Positions 19,508-29,705 of a DNA stretch of 64,000 bases are shown piece by piece. This stretch comes from Candidatus Woesearchaeota archaeon. GTDB taxonomy: Archaea; Nanobdellota; Nanobdellia; Woesearchaeales; BM511. The notes under the pieces are model-generated. The model made no database searches. It had not been told where the DNA came from and saw only the letters and a list, made by a program, of their open reading frames with translations. Each line of letters begins with the position of its first letter. The stretch's first letter is position 1. The translations under genes were made by a program, and so were the position numbers. Location: NCBI GenBank assembly GCA_002867475.1, contig PKTL01000044.1:2157-66156 (forward strand), read 5' to 3'.

Positions 19508-20098
19508 TTAATTTTCAGAAATCTGTTCATCTATGATCAAGAAAAAATCATCAAGCATCTTATTATTTTTATCAGCAATAGATCTAGCAATATCCGTATA
19601 TAATCTATCTGATCTTTTCTTAATATGGATTTTAAGGTGTTCAATTATCTGTTCGCTATTCCAGCCAATCTGACTACGCTTCCAAGTTTCTCTAATTATT
19701 CCAAGAGGTCCTGTTTTTTCTAAAGTATCCGCATCATGAATTATTTTTGCTTCAATCGTTTTAGCAGGAATTCTCCCATCATGTGCTTCGATACAATGTA
19801 TTATTTTTTCTTGAACATTTTTTTCTATATCAAGATCATTGAATAATTTTAAGATCTTATCTAAATTTGCTAATGTATCTCCAGTAACTGTTTTTTCAAG
19901 ATTGGTATCATGAAGCCATGCAGCAGCCTCAATTATTGTTAGATCTACATCAAAATTTTTTGCAATCTCTTTTGATTTATTAACAATTCTAAAAAGATGC
20001 CTATTCCCTTTTGATTTTCCATCAAAAGCGCCATTCCAATCAAGATCTATACCAAAATCTTTGATTTTTTTAAGCTGTAAATCATTTAACATTTTCAA
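19508..20098 (-). CDS. HD-domain phosphohydrolase
   Basis: AAWLHD...HD motifs, CIEAHDGRIP. Confidence 0.7.
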   Translation of the reverse strand: MKMLNDLQLKKIKDFGIDLDWNGAFDGKSKGNRHLFRIVNKSKEIAKNFDVDLTIIEAAAWLHDTNLEKTVTGDTLANLDKILKLFNDLDIEKNVQEKIIHCIEAHDGRIPAKTIEAKIIHDADTLEKTGPLGIIRETWKRSQIGWNSEQIIEHLKIHIKKRSDRLYTDIARSIADKNNKMLDDFFLIIDEQISEN

Positions 20099-21083
20099 TC
20101 AATTCTTTTAATTTTTTTTCATAGGATATAAGGTTTTCTAAAGGTAAATACTCATTTTTTTTATGGGCTTGTTCAACTAATCCTGGTCCAAAAATCAAAG
20201 TTTTAATATTTACCCTATTAAAAAAATACATTTCAGTAAAACCAATTTTCATATCTAGCTTAATATTTTTTTCAAATAGATGTGATTCAAATTCTTCATC
20301 TGCAGAAACAGGTTCCAAAACATATCTAAATTTAGTATTAAATTCTTTGAACTCTTCTAATACAAATTCTCTGATTTCTAAAATCTTATCAAAAGGGCTT
20401 ATCCTTATATCAATTTTACAGGTAGCAATATCTGGAATAATATTTCTTTTTTCCCCATATTCTAAAACATTAATAGAAAATATGCTTTTAGGAAATTTTT
20501 CATTGAAATCTTTCATTGCTTTATTAAGTGCAATAATCAAATCATGACCACAATGATTGCCTTTCTTAAATTGTGAAGTATGCCTTTGCGTACCTTCGCT
20601 TGATATATCAAATCCAAAAAGTCCGAACTGTTTACCTATCGCTGTTAGATCAGTTGGTTCAGCAATTATAGAATATCTAATCTTTTTGCAAAATTCTGAA
20701 TCTATGAATGCTTTTATTCCATCAAATCCACTTTCTTCTCCAACAGTAACCAATAAATTACAATCATCAAGCGAGATAAAAGTATTAATTATGCCTGCAA
20801 GCCCCCCTTTCATATCACTGCTTCCAATACCATACAGTTTTCCCTCCTTATCATAGGATTTGTAATGTTTTTCACTATTTACTGTATCGCAATGTCCAGA
20901 TAATAGAATATCTGAATTTCCTTTAAATGCAAAAATATTCCATCTATCTTCACTAACATAAATTCTTTCAAAATCAATTTTATTATCTTCCAGGTATTTC
21001 TCAATAAATAAAAGAATCTCTTTTTCTTTTCCGGTCACTGATGATATATCTATCAATTTTTTTGCTAAACTTGTAACATCCAT
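20082..21083 (-). CDS. M20 family deacylase/peptidase (ArgE/DapE/LysK-like)
   Basis: SGHCDTV, GSSDMKGGLA, metal-binding E-E and H residues. Confidence 0.8.
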   Translation of the reverse strand: MDVTSLAKKLIDISSVTGKEKEILLFIEKYLEDNKIDFERIYVSEDRWNIFAFKGNSDILLSGHCDTVNSEKHYKSYDKEGKLYGIGSSDMKGGLAGIINTFISLDDCNLLVTVGEESGFDGIKAFIDSEFCKKIRYSIIAEPTDLTAIGKQFGLFGFDISSEGTQRHTSQFKKGNHCGHDLIIALNKAMKDFNEKFPKSIFSINVLEYGEKRNIIPDIATCKIDIRISPFDKILEIREFVLEEFKEFNTKFRYVLEPVSADEEFESHLFEKNIKLDMKIGFTEMYFFNRVNIKTLIFGPGLVEQAHKKNEYLPLENLISYEKKLKELIENVK

Positions 21084-21084
21084 C

Positions 21085-21897
21085 TTAATAATTGCTTATT
21101 TGGTTTTCAACATACTTTATCATATTTAACGCTTCTTTATCTTTAATTGTTGATTTAAACCTATCAATATCTTTTATTACATTTAAATCTTTATAAAACA
21201 TATTGATATTTAGATGGGTGCTTCCAGTATTTATCATACCTGCATTAATATGATAAATCCCTTTAGATCTTGCAATTTCTTTAAGAACTGAATCTTCAAT
21301 GTGATTAACTGACACTATTTGAAAGCAAGTTGAATTTATCTTTCGAATAGCGTTTTCAATTTCAGAACTACTAATGTTTCCACTTAATTCATAAAGATAA
21401 GTTTGATCATTATACTTTTTTTCTTTTACTTTATTTTCTATTGGTTCGTTAAACTCATAATTTTTAGGGATATAAGTCAAAAAAAGAGATTCTTTTTTCC
21501 CATCAATATACTCTCTATTGGGCAATAATGCACCTGGGTGGTTTCCTGACTTCAGAAGCATATTGATAGATGTTAATCTATCTAAAGAAACAATAGGTCT
21601 TGTAGATAATTCTTTAGCTTTATCATCTAGAAAAGTTCCAAGACCTTTATTTCTATAGGGGGTATCAATGATCAAAGTTTCAATATAATTTACTCCTGGC
21701 CAATAATTTTCATTAAGTTTTATCATACCAATAAGTTCATCATCATTTCTTGCAACAATTATCTCATCTAATGATTTCTCAAATAATTTCTTATCATTTA
21801 ACCAAACCTTATTATAACCTTTAGGATAAATCTTTTCAATCAATTCAATTATTTTCTCCTCATCGTTTGGGTTGGCTTTTTCGATTTCAAAATCCAT
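21085..21897 (-). CDS. GNAT-like N-terminal domain fused to unknown C-terminal domain
   Basis: ETLIIDTPYRNKGLGTFL motif-A-like; 270 aa. Confidence 0.45.
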   Translation of the reverse strand: MDFEIEKANPNDEEKIIELIEKIYPKGYNKVWLNDKKLFEKSLDEIIVARNDDELIGMIKLNENYWPGVNYIETLIIDTPYRNKGLGTFLDDKAKELSTRPIVSLDRLTSINMLLKSGNHPGALLPNREYIDGKKESLFLTYIPKNYEFNEPIENKVKEKKYNDQTYLYELSGNISSSEIENAIRKINSTCFQIVSVNHIEDSVLKEIARSKGIYHINAGMINTGSTHLNINMFYKDLNVIKDIDRFKSTIKDKEALNMIKYVENQISNY

Positions 21898-21900
21898 TTT

Positions 21901-24015
21901 TTATATATCAATCATTTCATAAGGTGCATGTCTTGATCTTATACGATTAGGTATGTGTGAAGGTCCAGGAAGTGCTCCTTTAATTCCTTCTAAAGTATCT
22001 TCATTTCTTTTCATAAATTTGTAGATCTCTAATTGTCTATCATTACAATTTTCATCCTTTAAAAAATCCAATTTCGCTACAAATCTGTAATCAATTATAC
22101 TATCCTTTATATCATCAAAACTTTTATATTCTATTATAGGGCAATCTTTAGGTACTTCTCCAAGCTGTTCAGCATTTTCTGGAAGAGCCCTCATTTGAAC
22201 AAGATGGATACCTTCATTATTGGATACATATTCAACATCTATTCCTCCATAAAGGTTATGAAGCTGTTTCAAATCATGTTTGATCGTTTTACAGTCAAAA
22301 TGTTTGATTATTTCCTCCATTGAACCTTTTTCAAATTTTTCATATTTTCCATTAACTACGTCCTTACCTTGAGAAATTTCAGAATCACCATTGTTATAGA
22401 TTAAGACTCCGCTTTCTCCTTCTATTATATCTAGAACTATAACACTAATATTTGGGTAGTCCAAGATTCCATAATTTACTCCTTTAACTTTATCTTTATT
22501 TTTTGGCGCACTATGGTTTCTTCTTTCAAATATTGCATCACTTGTAAAGTAACTTTTTATAACACCTTTAATAGAGGATTCTAAGTTTTCTTTATTAGAT
22601 CCTATGGATTCATAAACTCCTGCGTAATTATTATCTCCATCTTCACCATACATGCTGGATCTAGCAATTAGATTATCGCTCATTTTTTTTGCTGGTTCTA
22701 ATAATTTTTCATCTAGTGAATTATCATCAATAAGTTTATTTATTTCTTTGACATGATTCTTATTTAGTTTATAGCTATTTTCTTCTAAAATGCTTAATAT
22801 TCCTGCATCTTCTAAAAATTTATTGATACCTATAGAAGTAATAACATAACCTTCTGGTAATTCATAATTTAGTCCAAGCGCTTTTTTTGTATCATGTAAC
22901 ATTTTCAATCCTTTCCATTTGCCACCAACTAATCCTTCATAAAAAGTAGGATCTTCATAAGTTAGGGTATAGAATTCATCAATGTTATGCAGTATGTGAT
23001 TATCGATTTCAAAATTTGTCGAATTGACTAATTTTTCAATCTCTTTTTTATCACCAATCTCTTTTCTATTTGCAAAAATAGATAATGCAACTCCTTTAGG
23101 TGAAGTCGCATCATTACTCATTTCACTAACAAGTTTTCCAATCTCAATATTTTTATTTTCTGCCAGTGCAACTTTTGATGGTTTACAAGTGGAATCATAA
23201 CTATCTCCTGTGTTTTTTCCTTTTTTCAATTCAGAAGGCATCCAGTTATGGAATCTTATCAACGTATTATAAAAACTTGCAATATCTAAATTTTCTACAA
23301 AATTAGTTTTAACTAATGAATCAATGCTTTCAACTCCATATTTTAATTCATCCTCATCAAGCTCTAAAGGTTTTTTTATCTTACTCAGTAAATCAACTGC
23401 GTCATCGATTTGAGTATATTCTCTACCAATAACATGTGATAGCTGAAGAATAGATTTTGTCCAATCCTCATTATCTAATCTTGATTTTATATAAGGTAAT
23501 TTATCTTCTAGATCATCAATAAATCCGGCAAGTGCTGAACCATTCCCTTTTTTTAGGGGGTTTATTTTTCCGTCACCTCCAACTAAACCTTCAATACAGT
23601 AAAAATCACTTAAGTGTTCCCATGCAGAAATAACTTTTGCAATACTTCCTTCAAGAGTGTTATCAAATCCAACTTCATTCATTAATGTATCTTGGATATA
23701 GACTTGAGGTAATGTAACATCAATAATTTGTTTAGTGAATGAAGGATTATGTTCCATTTCATAAAAAAAATTATCCATTATTTTTTTTGCATCTTCATCT
23801 TTTAATATTTCTTCATAAAAAGATGTTTTGTTGTTTTTAGCACGTTCAATAAGTTGTCCAGTTATGTGTTCTTTTCCACTAAACTTAAACGGTAAGCTCA
23901 AATATTGATATTCCTTAAAAACAGGCATTTCTTCTCCATTAAATTCAAGAAAAAATTCGTCCTTTTCATCTTTTTTTGTAAAAAATCCGCCCCTTGCAAT
24001 AATATCCTTATTCAT
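21901..24015 (-). CDS. Two-domain protein: unknown 360-aa N-domain plus PEP-synthase/PPDK N-terminal-type (ATP-grasp-like) nucleotide-binding domain
   Basis: GGKWKGLKML...PEGYVITS, LIARSSMYGEDGDNNYAGVYES, ISVIVLDII, GVLIYNNG, GIDVEYVSN..HLVQMRALP; no phospho-His or PEP-utilizer domain follows. Confidence 0.6.
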   Translation of the reverse strand: MNKDIIARGGFFTKKDEKDEFFLEFNGEEMPVFKEYQYLSLPFKFSGKEHITGQLIERAKNNKTSFYEEILKDEDAKKIMDNFFYEMEHNPSFTKQIIDVTLPQVYIQDTLMNEVGFDNTLEGSIAKVISAWEHLSDFYCIEGLVGGDGKINPLKKGNGSALAGFIDDLEDKLPYIKSRLDNEDWTKSILQLSHVIGREYTQIDDAVDLLSKIKKPLELDEDELKYGVESIDSLVKTNFVENLDIASFYNTLIRFHNWMPSELKKGKNTGDSYDSTCKPSKVALAENKNIEIGKLVSEMSNDATSPKGVALSIFANRKEIGDKKEIEKLVNSTNFEIDNHILHNIDEFYTLTYEDPTFYEGLVGGKWKGLKMLHDTKKALGLNYELPEGYVITSIGINKFLEDAGILSILEENSYKLNKNHVKEINKLIDDNSLDEKLLEPAKKMSDNLIARSSMYGEDGDNNYAGVYESIGSNKENLESSIKGVIKSYFTSDAIFERRNHSAPKNKDKVKGVNYGILDYPNISVIVLDIIEGESGVLIYNNGDSEISQGKDVVNGKYEKFEKGSMEEIIKHFDCKTIKHDLKQLHNLYGGIDVEYVSNNEGIHLVQMRALPENAEQLGEVPKDCPIIEYKSFDDIKDSIIDYRFVAKLDFLKDENCNDRQLEIYKFMKRNEDTLEGIKGALPGPSHIPNRIRSRHAPYEMIDI

Positions 24016-24169
24016 TTTTTCGCCTCAAAAATTATTATTGCTTGTTAATCATTTCCTTTTAAAATCACTTGCCAATAAAAAATCAGAATATAGACGGTAT
24101 TGATAGAAAATTTCGGAAATTTTACGATAACATAAAAAATATCAAGTAGTAATAAGGTTATTTGATGTT

Positions 24170-24526
24170 TTAATTCTTGCTTCTAAATTCCTTCTCATCA
24201 TCCCATTCATACTTGCAATATTTGCACTTGTAATGCTTTATCCTTGTTGAGTAAGTTGAACTTGTAAGATCTAGGTCTCGGTCGCTTGATTCATATGCTT
24301 GGCCAATCCTTTCCTGGCTTACCCTTTTCTTTGCGAAAGGCTTGTTGCATCGTGGACAATTTGTGTTGAATGATAAGAAGTAATATGCTGTTATAAAGCT
24401 TATTCCAATGGGAAGCAAGATGTCTGAATTATTTGGTGATATGAAGATAAGTATTGTAAAGAAAGCTATCAATATCCAAAAGTATGGTTCGTCGATAACT
24501 TTTATTACAGGTTTACTCTTTTCCAT
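24170..24526 (-). CDS. Small membrane protein with C-terminal zinc ribbon
   Basis: Two TM segments then CPRCNK...CKYCKY; start taken at first ATG. Confidence 0.4.
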   Translation of the reverse strand: MEKSKPVIKVIDEPYFWILIAFFTILIFISPNNSDILLPIGISFITAYYFLSFNTNCPRCNKPFAKKRVSQERIGQAYESSDRDLDLTSSTYSTRIKHYKCKYCKYEWDDEKEFRSKN

Positions 24527-24869
24527 ATGAATCTTTAACTCTTGTAGCAAGACCTTGAACCATTGAACTATCAACAAGAACAGGATTTTTATCTCCATCA
24601 AGATATATCGCTTTTCCACAAGTGTTAAGTGTTAGCCTATCATAAGGAAAACCTTCTGTTGAAACTAATGGTATCTCCCCTACAGAGCATAGCGGTGCAT
24701 CAGTTTGAGAATATTCTGGGTGATTCATCACAAGAGATCTTAAGTCTTGCATTGAATATTCGACTGTTTTTGTTTCTGGCGTTGTATCTATTGAGGGTCT
24801 TGTTGCCGTAGCGCAACCTGCAACAAGTGTGCAGATAGCGATCGCTGTTAATGGATTTCTTAATTTCAT
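24513..24869 (-). CDS. Lipoprotein with bacterial-type lipobox
   Basis: MKLRNPLTAIAICTLVAGCATATRPS (signal plus LVAGC); locally elevated GC. Confidence 0.5.
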   Translation of the reverse strand: MKLRNPLTAIAICTLVAGCATATRPSIDTTPETKTVEYSMQDLRSLVMNHPEYSQTDAPLCSVGEIPLVSTEGFPYDRLTLNTCGKAIYLDGDKNPVLVDSSMVQGLATRVKDSYGKE

Positions 24870-24942
24870 GCAGAATTCTACGTAAAAGAAATATATAAAG
24901 TTAAGCATTACCTTTAAATATAATGATTGAATAGGAAAAACC

Positions 24943-25458
24943 ATGGCTGAAGAAGTAATCGCGATAAAAGAAGCACTTGACAATGAGAAGAAAGGATATC
25001 ATATGTATCTAGATGCATCAACAAATAGTGATAGTAAGATTGTAAGGGACTTATTCACATATCTTGCAAGCCAAGAATTGATACATATACAAAGAATAGA
25101 AGAATTCAACAAAACTTTAGGCACAAAAGTGTTTTTCGAAGTTAATATGGGGGATAATATCTCACACTTTGATGAAGCAAAAGAATTATTCAAGAAAAAA
25201 GTGTCTGAGTGGAAAGAAGAGTTCAAATCAGATGATGATATCAAAGTTCTAAAAACAGCTTTGGAATTTGAAAAAAGTGGTTATGATTTCTACAAAAAGC
25301 ATTATGAGATCACTGAAGATGATCAGGCAAAAAAGTTCTATCATTTCCTAATGAAAGAAGAGGATATGCACTATCATTTCATCCAAAACATGATAAGTTA
25401 CATAGAAAACCCTGAACAGTTCAATATGGATCAAGAAGATTGGTTTTTTGAAGGGTAA
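24943..25458 (+). CDS. Rubrerythrin-family ferritin-like diiron protein (no fused rubredoxin domain)
   Basis: Two ExxH motifs: LASQELIHIQRIE and MKEEDMHYHFIQ. Confidence 0.6.
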   Translation: MAEEVIAIKEALDNEKKGYHMYLDASTNSDSKIVRDLFTYLASQELIHIQRIEEFNKTLGTKVFFEVNMGDNISHFDEAKELFKKKVSEWKEEFKSDDDIKVLKTALEFEKSGYDFYKKHYEITEDDQAKKFYHFLMKEEDMHYHFIQNMISYIENPEQFNMDQEDWFFEG

Positions 25459-25511
25459 TTTTAACTAACAAATAGTTAAATATTTAAAGCACCTTAAACA
25501 GTATAGTTTAC

Positions 25512-25643
25512 ATGGCTTACAGATGTGTAAAATGCTCTTATGAGATAAAAAAATCAGAGATACCAAAAAGGTGTCCTTATTGTGCAAGTGAAGGCACTAT
25601 AGAAAAGATTCCAACTGCTCAAGATGTCCTTGATATGCTTTAG
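25512..25643 (+). CDS. Small rubredoxin-like zinc-ribbon protein (43 aa)
   Basis: MAYRCVKCSYE...CPYCAS: CxxC-x15-CxxC; not in ORF track (under 60 aa). Confidence 0.4.
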   Translation: MAYRCVKCSYEIKKSEIPKRCPYCASEGTIEKIPTAQDVLDML

Positions 25644-25739
25644 ATAATCAGTTTAATATTGTATATCTATTTCTTTTGATTAATCTTAATACTTTCCATA
25701 ACAACTTTTATAAATAACCCACTTTTCTTATTTTAACAG

Positions 25740-26975
25740 ATGGCAGATAAAAAACCGTTGCAACCAGAAATAAATCTAGGATTAGTAGGTCACGTAGACC
25801 ATGGAAAGACAACCTTGACAGAGAAATTGTCAGGAAAATGGACAGATACTCATTCTGAAGAACTTAAAAGAGGAATTACTATAAGACTTGGATATGCGGA
25901 TATAATCACAAAAAAATGCCCTAAATGTGGTGAATTCACAGTAAAGGACAAATGTGATTGCGGGCAAAATTCAGAAATCTTAAGAAAAATAAGCCTAGTT
26001 GACGCTCCAGGACACGAAAGCCTGATGGCAACAATGCTTAGTGGAGCAACAATAATGGATGGAGCACTGCTTCTAGTAGCTGCAAACGAGCCATGCCCAC
26101 AGCCTCAAACAAAAGAACACTTGATGGCATTAGAGATAATGGGCCTAAAAAAGATAATCATAGTACAGAACAAGATAGACCTAGTATCTGAAGACAGAGC
26201 TATAAGGAACTATCATGAGATTCAAGAATTCATAAAAGATACACCTTTCAAAGATGCACCGATAATACCTATCAGTGCAATGCATGGAGTAAATGTTGGA
26301 GCATTGATACAGACAATCGAAGAAGTGATACCAACACCTAATAGGGATGCATCACTTGATCCTACAATGTTCATAGCACGAAGCTTTGACGTGAACAAAC
26401 CAGGTGCAAAACCAAAAGACTTGGTTGGTGGAATCCTTGGAGGAACCTTAAAGCAAGGCGAATTCAAAGTTGGTGACGAGGTAGAACTTCGACCAGGAAG
26501 AATAGTTACTGAGCATAATCAACAGGTTGCAAAACCTATAAAGACAGTGATTACTGGACTTAAGACTGGGGGAAAATCATCAGAAACAGTCGGTCCAGGA
26601 GGATCGATCGGTGTTCTTACAAGTCTTGACATGAGTATAGTTAAAAGTGATAAGCTAGCAGGAAACGTCGCAGGGCATCCAGATAAGCTTCCACCAGTAT
26701 GGTATGACTTGAAACTAAAGACAAACCTTCTAACAAGAGTTGTTGGTTCAAGCGATGACCAAAAGGTTGAAGGTATCAAGATGGGAGAACCATTAATGCT
26801 TAACGTTAACAGTGCTTCAACAGTAGGTATAGTAACAAAAATCGCTAAAGACGAAGTTGAATGCAAGCTTAAGCTACCAATATGCGCAGAAATCGGCGCA
26901 AGAATAACAATAAGCAGAAGGGTCGGTACAAGATTCAGGCTTATCGGTTATGGTATCATTGAAGATAAGAAATAA
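25740..26975 (+). CDS. eif2g: Translation initiation factor 2 gamma subunit
   Basis: GHVDHGKTTL, zinc knuckle CPKCGE...CDCG, DAPGHE, NKID. Confidence 0.95.
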   Translation: MADKKPLQPEINLGLVGHVDHGKTTLTEKLSGKWTDTHSEELKRGITIRLGYADIITKKCPKCGEFTVKDKCDCGQNSEILRKISLVDAPGHESLMATMLSGATIMDGALLLVAANEPCPQPQTKEHLMALEIMGLKKIIIVQNKIDLVSEDRAIRNYHEIQEFIKDTPFKDAPIIPISAMHGVNVGALIQTIEEVIPTPNRDASLDPTMFIARSFDVNKPGAKPKDLVGGILGGTLKQGEFKVGDEVELRPGRIVTEHNQQVAKPIKTVITGLKTGGKSSETVGPGGSIGVLTSLDMSIVKSDKLAGNVAGHPDKLPPVWYDLKLKTNLLTRVVGSSDDQKVEGIKMGEPLMLNVNSASTVGIVTKIAKDEVECKLKLPICAEIGARITISRRVGTRFRLIGYGIIEDKK

Positions 26976-27027
26976 TTTTTTTTGTTTTATCGCATATTTT
27001 ATAAATTAATGTTACTATTGTTTTTTT

Positions 27028-28257
27028 ATGGAAAGAGGTAGTTCAAGCGTAAATTATAATCCTTCAGCTAATTTTAATCCAAGATCTGTAAGTAATGAAC
27101 CACCTTTTTCAAATGTAATCAGTAAAAAACCGATTCTACTAATAGTTTTACTTTTAATATTGATAACTTTTTCAGTTTTCCAAACATACAAGGTTTATGA
27201 AAAGAAATCACAGATAAGCGATCTTGAATCTCAAATATCTCAATTGGATTATCAGCTTTCTGAATCCAGATCAACTGAATCTGAACTTAAAAGATCACTT
27301 GATGAAAGATATGATGAGTTAGAGGAAGTAAAATCCAATTATGAAGAAATATTAAGTAATTATACACAACTAAATGATGATTTTAGCGATCTATCAAAAG
27401 ATTATGTTGATTTCGATAAAGAAATAAACGAATACATAATAAAAGTTGAAAATTATCAAAAAGATATTGAAGAATCCATATCTTGGTTTAGAGAAAATGA
27501 GAAGCTTGGAAACTCATCTATTGAAAAACTATTATCTTACGACTTAAAAGATGAATGCTTGAAAATAGATGGTTCTGTATGTGAAATAAATCTTGGATGT
27601 TTTCAACTCATAAATAAGAAAGAATATAATATGTCTTATAAGTTCAATGAATCAGACCAAAAAAGCGAGACATACATCTTGTCATTAGTTGATTTCTTGG
27701 ATGCTCAAGGGGGCGATTGTGAAGATTATTCAGTTTTTTTCAAAGCAGAGATGAACACCTTGCTTGGTGAATGTGATTATAAGCAAGTCACACCTTATGC
27801 CTGGTTTAGAAATGATTCAGATAAATATTTTTTAGATGAAAAAGAATCAATATATTTGCCTAATGCTTCAAAAATCGAATTTCCCGATTACAAATATCCA
27901 ACTGTTGTCTGTGGAAATTTCTTTGATGAAAATCTAGATGCTATAGTTGGTCATTGTTTGGTTGCATTAAGCATTGAAGAGATATCTTTGGAAGAAGATC
28001 TTCGTTATCTAGGTGGGTCAATACTTATAGAACCTCAAAATGGTGAGTATAGAGGTATTTTGAACAGTGAATCTTCAGGAATATACCTATTGGATGAAAA
28101 TTCTAATGATGTAGAATCTTATGTTTATGCTGTGATAACAGGCAATGACTATTATATCTATAAAGTTGAAGAAAATGTGTGGAATTCTTATCAAGAGATG
28201 GATGAAGGCTTAGACGTACTTAGGGATCTGATGATAGATTCATACGAAACCCATTAG
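27028..28257 (+). CDS. Membrane-anchored coiled-coil protein with transglutaminase-like Cys-protease core
   Basis: N-terminal TM, heptad-rich region, GGDCEDYSVFFKAEM (TGase-like Cys motif) and GHCLVAL. Confidence 0.5.
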   Translation: MERGSSSVNYNPSANFNPRSVSNEPPFSNVISKKPILLIVLLLILITFSVFQTYKVYEKKSQISDLESQISQLDYQLSESRSTESELKRSLDERYDELEEVKSNYEEILSNYTQLNDDFSDLSKDYVDFDKEINEYIIKVENYQKDIEESISWFRENEKLGNSSIEKLLSYDLKDECLKIDGSVCEINLGCFQLINKKEYNMSYKFNESDQKSETYILSLVDFLDAQGGDCEDYSVFFKAEMNTLLGECDYKQVTPYAWFRNDSDKYFLDEKESIYLPNASKIEFPDYKYPTVVCGNFFDENLDAIVGHCLVALSIEEISLEEDLRYLGGSILIEPQNGEYRGILNSESSGIYLLDENSNDVESYVYAVITGNDYYIYKVEENVWNSYQEMDEGLDVLRDLMIDSYETH

Positions 28258-28465
28258 TTAAACCGATGAAAATATTTAAATAGGAGATATGTTTAACTCC
28301 TTATTATGATACACACAATGCATCGACATCATTAAACATTATTTCTAGATTATAATCTGTTTGATGCCTGTAGTGTTGTAAGAAGCATAGCAGTCTGTGA
28401 AGCTGAAGGTGAAAGTTCAAGCCTTTCCTATAGGCCGATATTATTATAAACGAGAAAGGATAAAA

Positions 28466-29704
28466 ATGAATAATAAAATGGAAGAGAAAAATTTGAAAAG
28501 TTTTGCTAATAAAAGAGAAAGTCTTTTAGTATATGAAAGAAATATACTTAAAGCTTATTTTTACTCTTTTTTTGCTAGTATAGAATTAACCCTATCTATT
28601 TTTACTCTTTTCTTTCTTGCTAGAGATCTTTCCATGACCCAGATAATGGTTCTTGAACTTATATTTGCAATATTCATGTTTGTTTTTGAAGTGCCAAGCG
28701 GCATATTTGCAGATCTATACGGAAGAAAAAACAGTATGGCTATAAGCATGTTTTTTGCAGCAGTTGCATTTCTAATATTTCCTTTAACATCTTCAATCTA
28801 TATTTATGCAATTGCACAGATATTACTTGCTTTATCATGGGCAATGAACAGTGGAGCTGACTCTGCTTGGTTATATGATACCTTGAAAGAACTAAAAAAA
28901 GAAGACAGATTTAACAAGACCTTTGGAAATTATAGAACTATTGCTATGATAACCTATGCTTTTTCAGGACTCTTAAGTATTTTCTTAGCAGGTTATTATT
29001 CATATGAAAAATTATTCTTATGGACATCAGCAATCTTTTTTTTAAGCACATTGATAGCTTTGAGCTTTAAGGAACCTCCAGTTCATAAGGAATTGCATGA
29101 AAAAAATTTCTTAAAGCATGCAAAAGCATCATTCAAATATGCAAAGGAACATTCACTTGTCAGAAGTTTGATAATATACTATTCGGTTTCTGGTGCATTA
29201 TCACACTTATTGTATTTTTTCTTACAGCCTTATTATAAATCTTCAGACTTACCTTTTTTTGTAATAGGAATAGCAGTAACAATATATTTTGGTGCTACAA
29301 GTATAGGAAATCTATTGTCAAATAGACTTACAAAAAATGTTAAACCAAGAAAATTCTTGACAAGGGTGCTTTTAGTTTCATCAATCTCATTGATAATTGT
29401 AGGGTTGAATCCATTGATAGGACTCTTGACATTGATAATATATAGGGTTCTTGTCGGAGTAAGAGGGATCTATATTGAAGAATTGATAAACCACAATATT
29501 CCTTCAAGTCATAGGGCTTCTATAATAAGCGTAAAGAATATGGGAAAATCCACTATTTACTTAATAGCTGCACCCTTACTTGGAATAATATCTGACACTT
29601 ACTCTTTTGCACATTCAATACTATCAATGGGTTTCGCATTACTACTCTTTTATATATTCTGGACGATAACAAGCAAGAAATACGAAGGAAAAATAAGTGA
29701 TTAA
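28466..29704 (+). CDS. MFS transporter
   Basis: 12 TM segments, DLYGRKN loop motif; track start is GTG at 28397, first ATG at 28466. Confidence 0.7.
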   Translation: MNNKMEEKNLKSFANKRESLLVYERNILKAYFYSFFASIELTLSIFTLFFLARDLSMTQIMVLELIFAIFMFVFEVPSGIFADLYGRKNSMAISMFFAAVAFLIFPLTSSIYIYAIAQILLALSWAMNSGADSAWLYDTLKELKKEDRFNKTFGNYRTIAMITYAFSGLLSIFLAGYYSYEKLFLWTSAIFFLSTLIALSFKEPPVHKELHEKNFLKHAKASFKYAKEHSLVRSLIIYYSVSGALSHLLYFFLQPYYKSSDLPFFVIGIAVTIYFGATSIGNLLSNRLTKNVKPRKFLTRVLLVSSISLIIVGLNPLIGLLTLIIYRVLVGVRGIYIEELINHNIPSSHRASIISVKNMGKSTIYLIAAPLLGIISDTYSFAHSILSMGFALLLFYIFWTITSKKYEGKISD

Positions 29705-29705
29705 T

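Noticed and set aside
28330-28400. GC-richer stretch upstream of the first MFS gene as possible riboswitch or ncRNA
   Set aside because: No convincing stem-loop architecture or recognisable riboswitch core; partly covered by the GTG-initiated extension of the MFS ORF.
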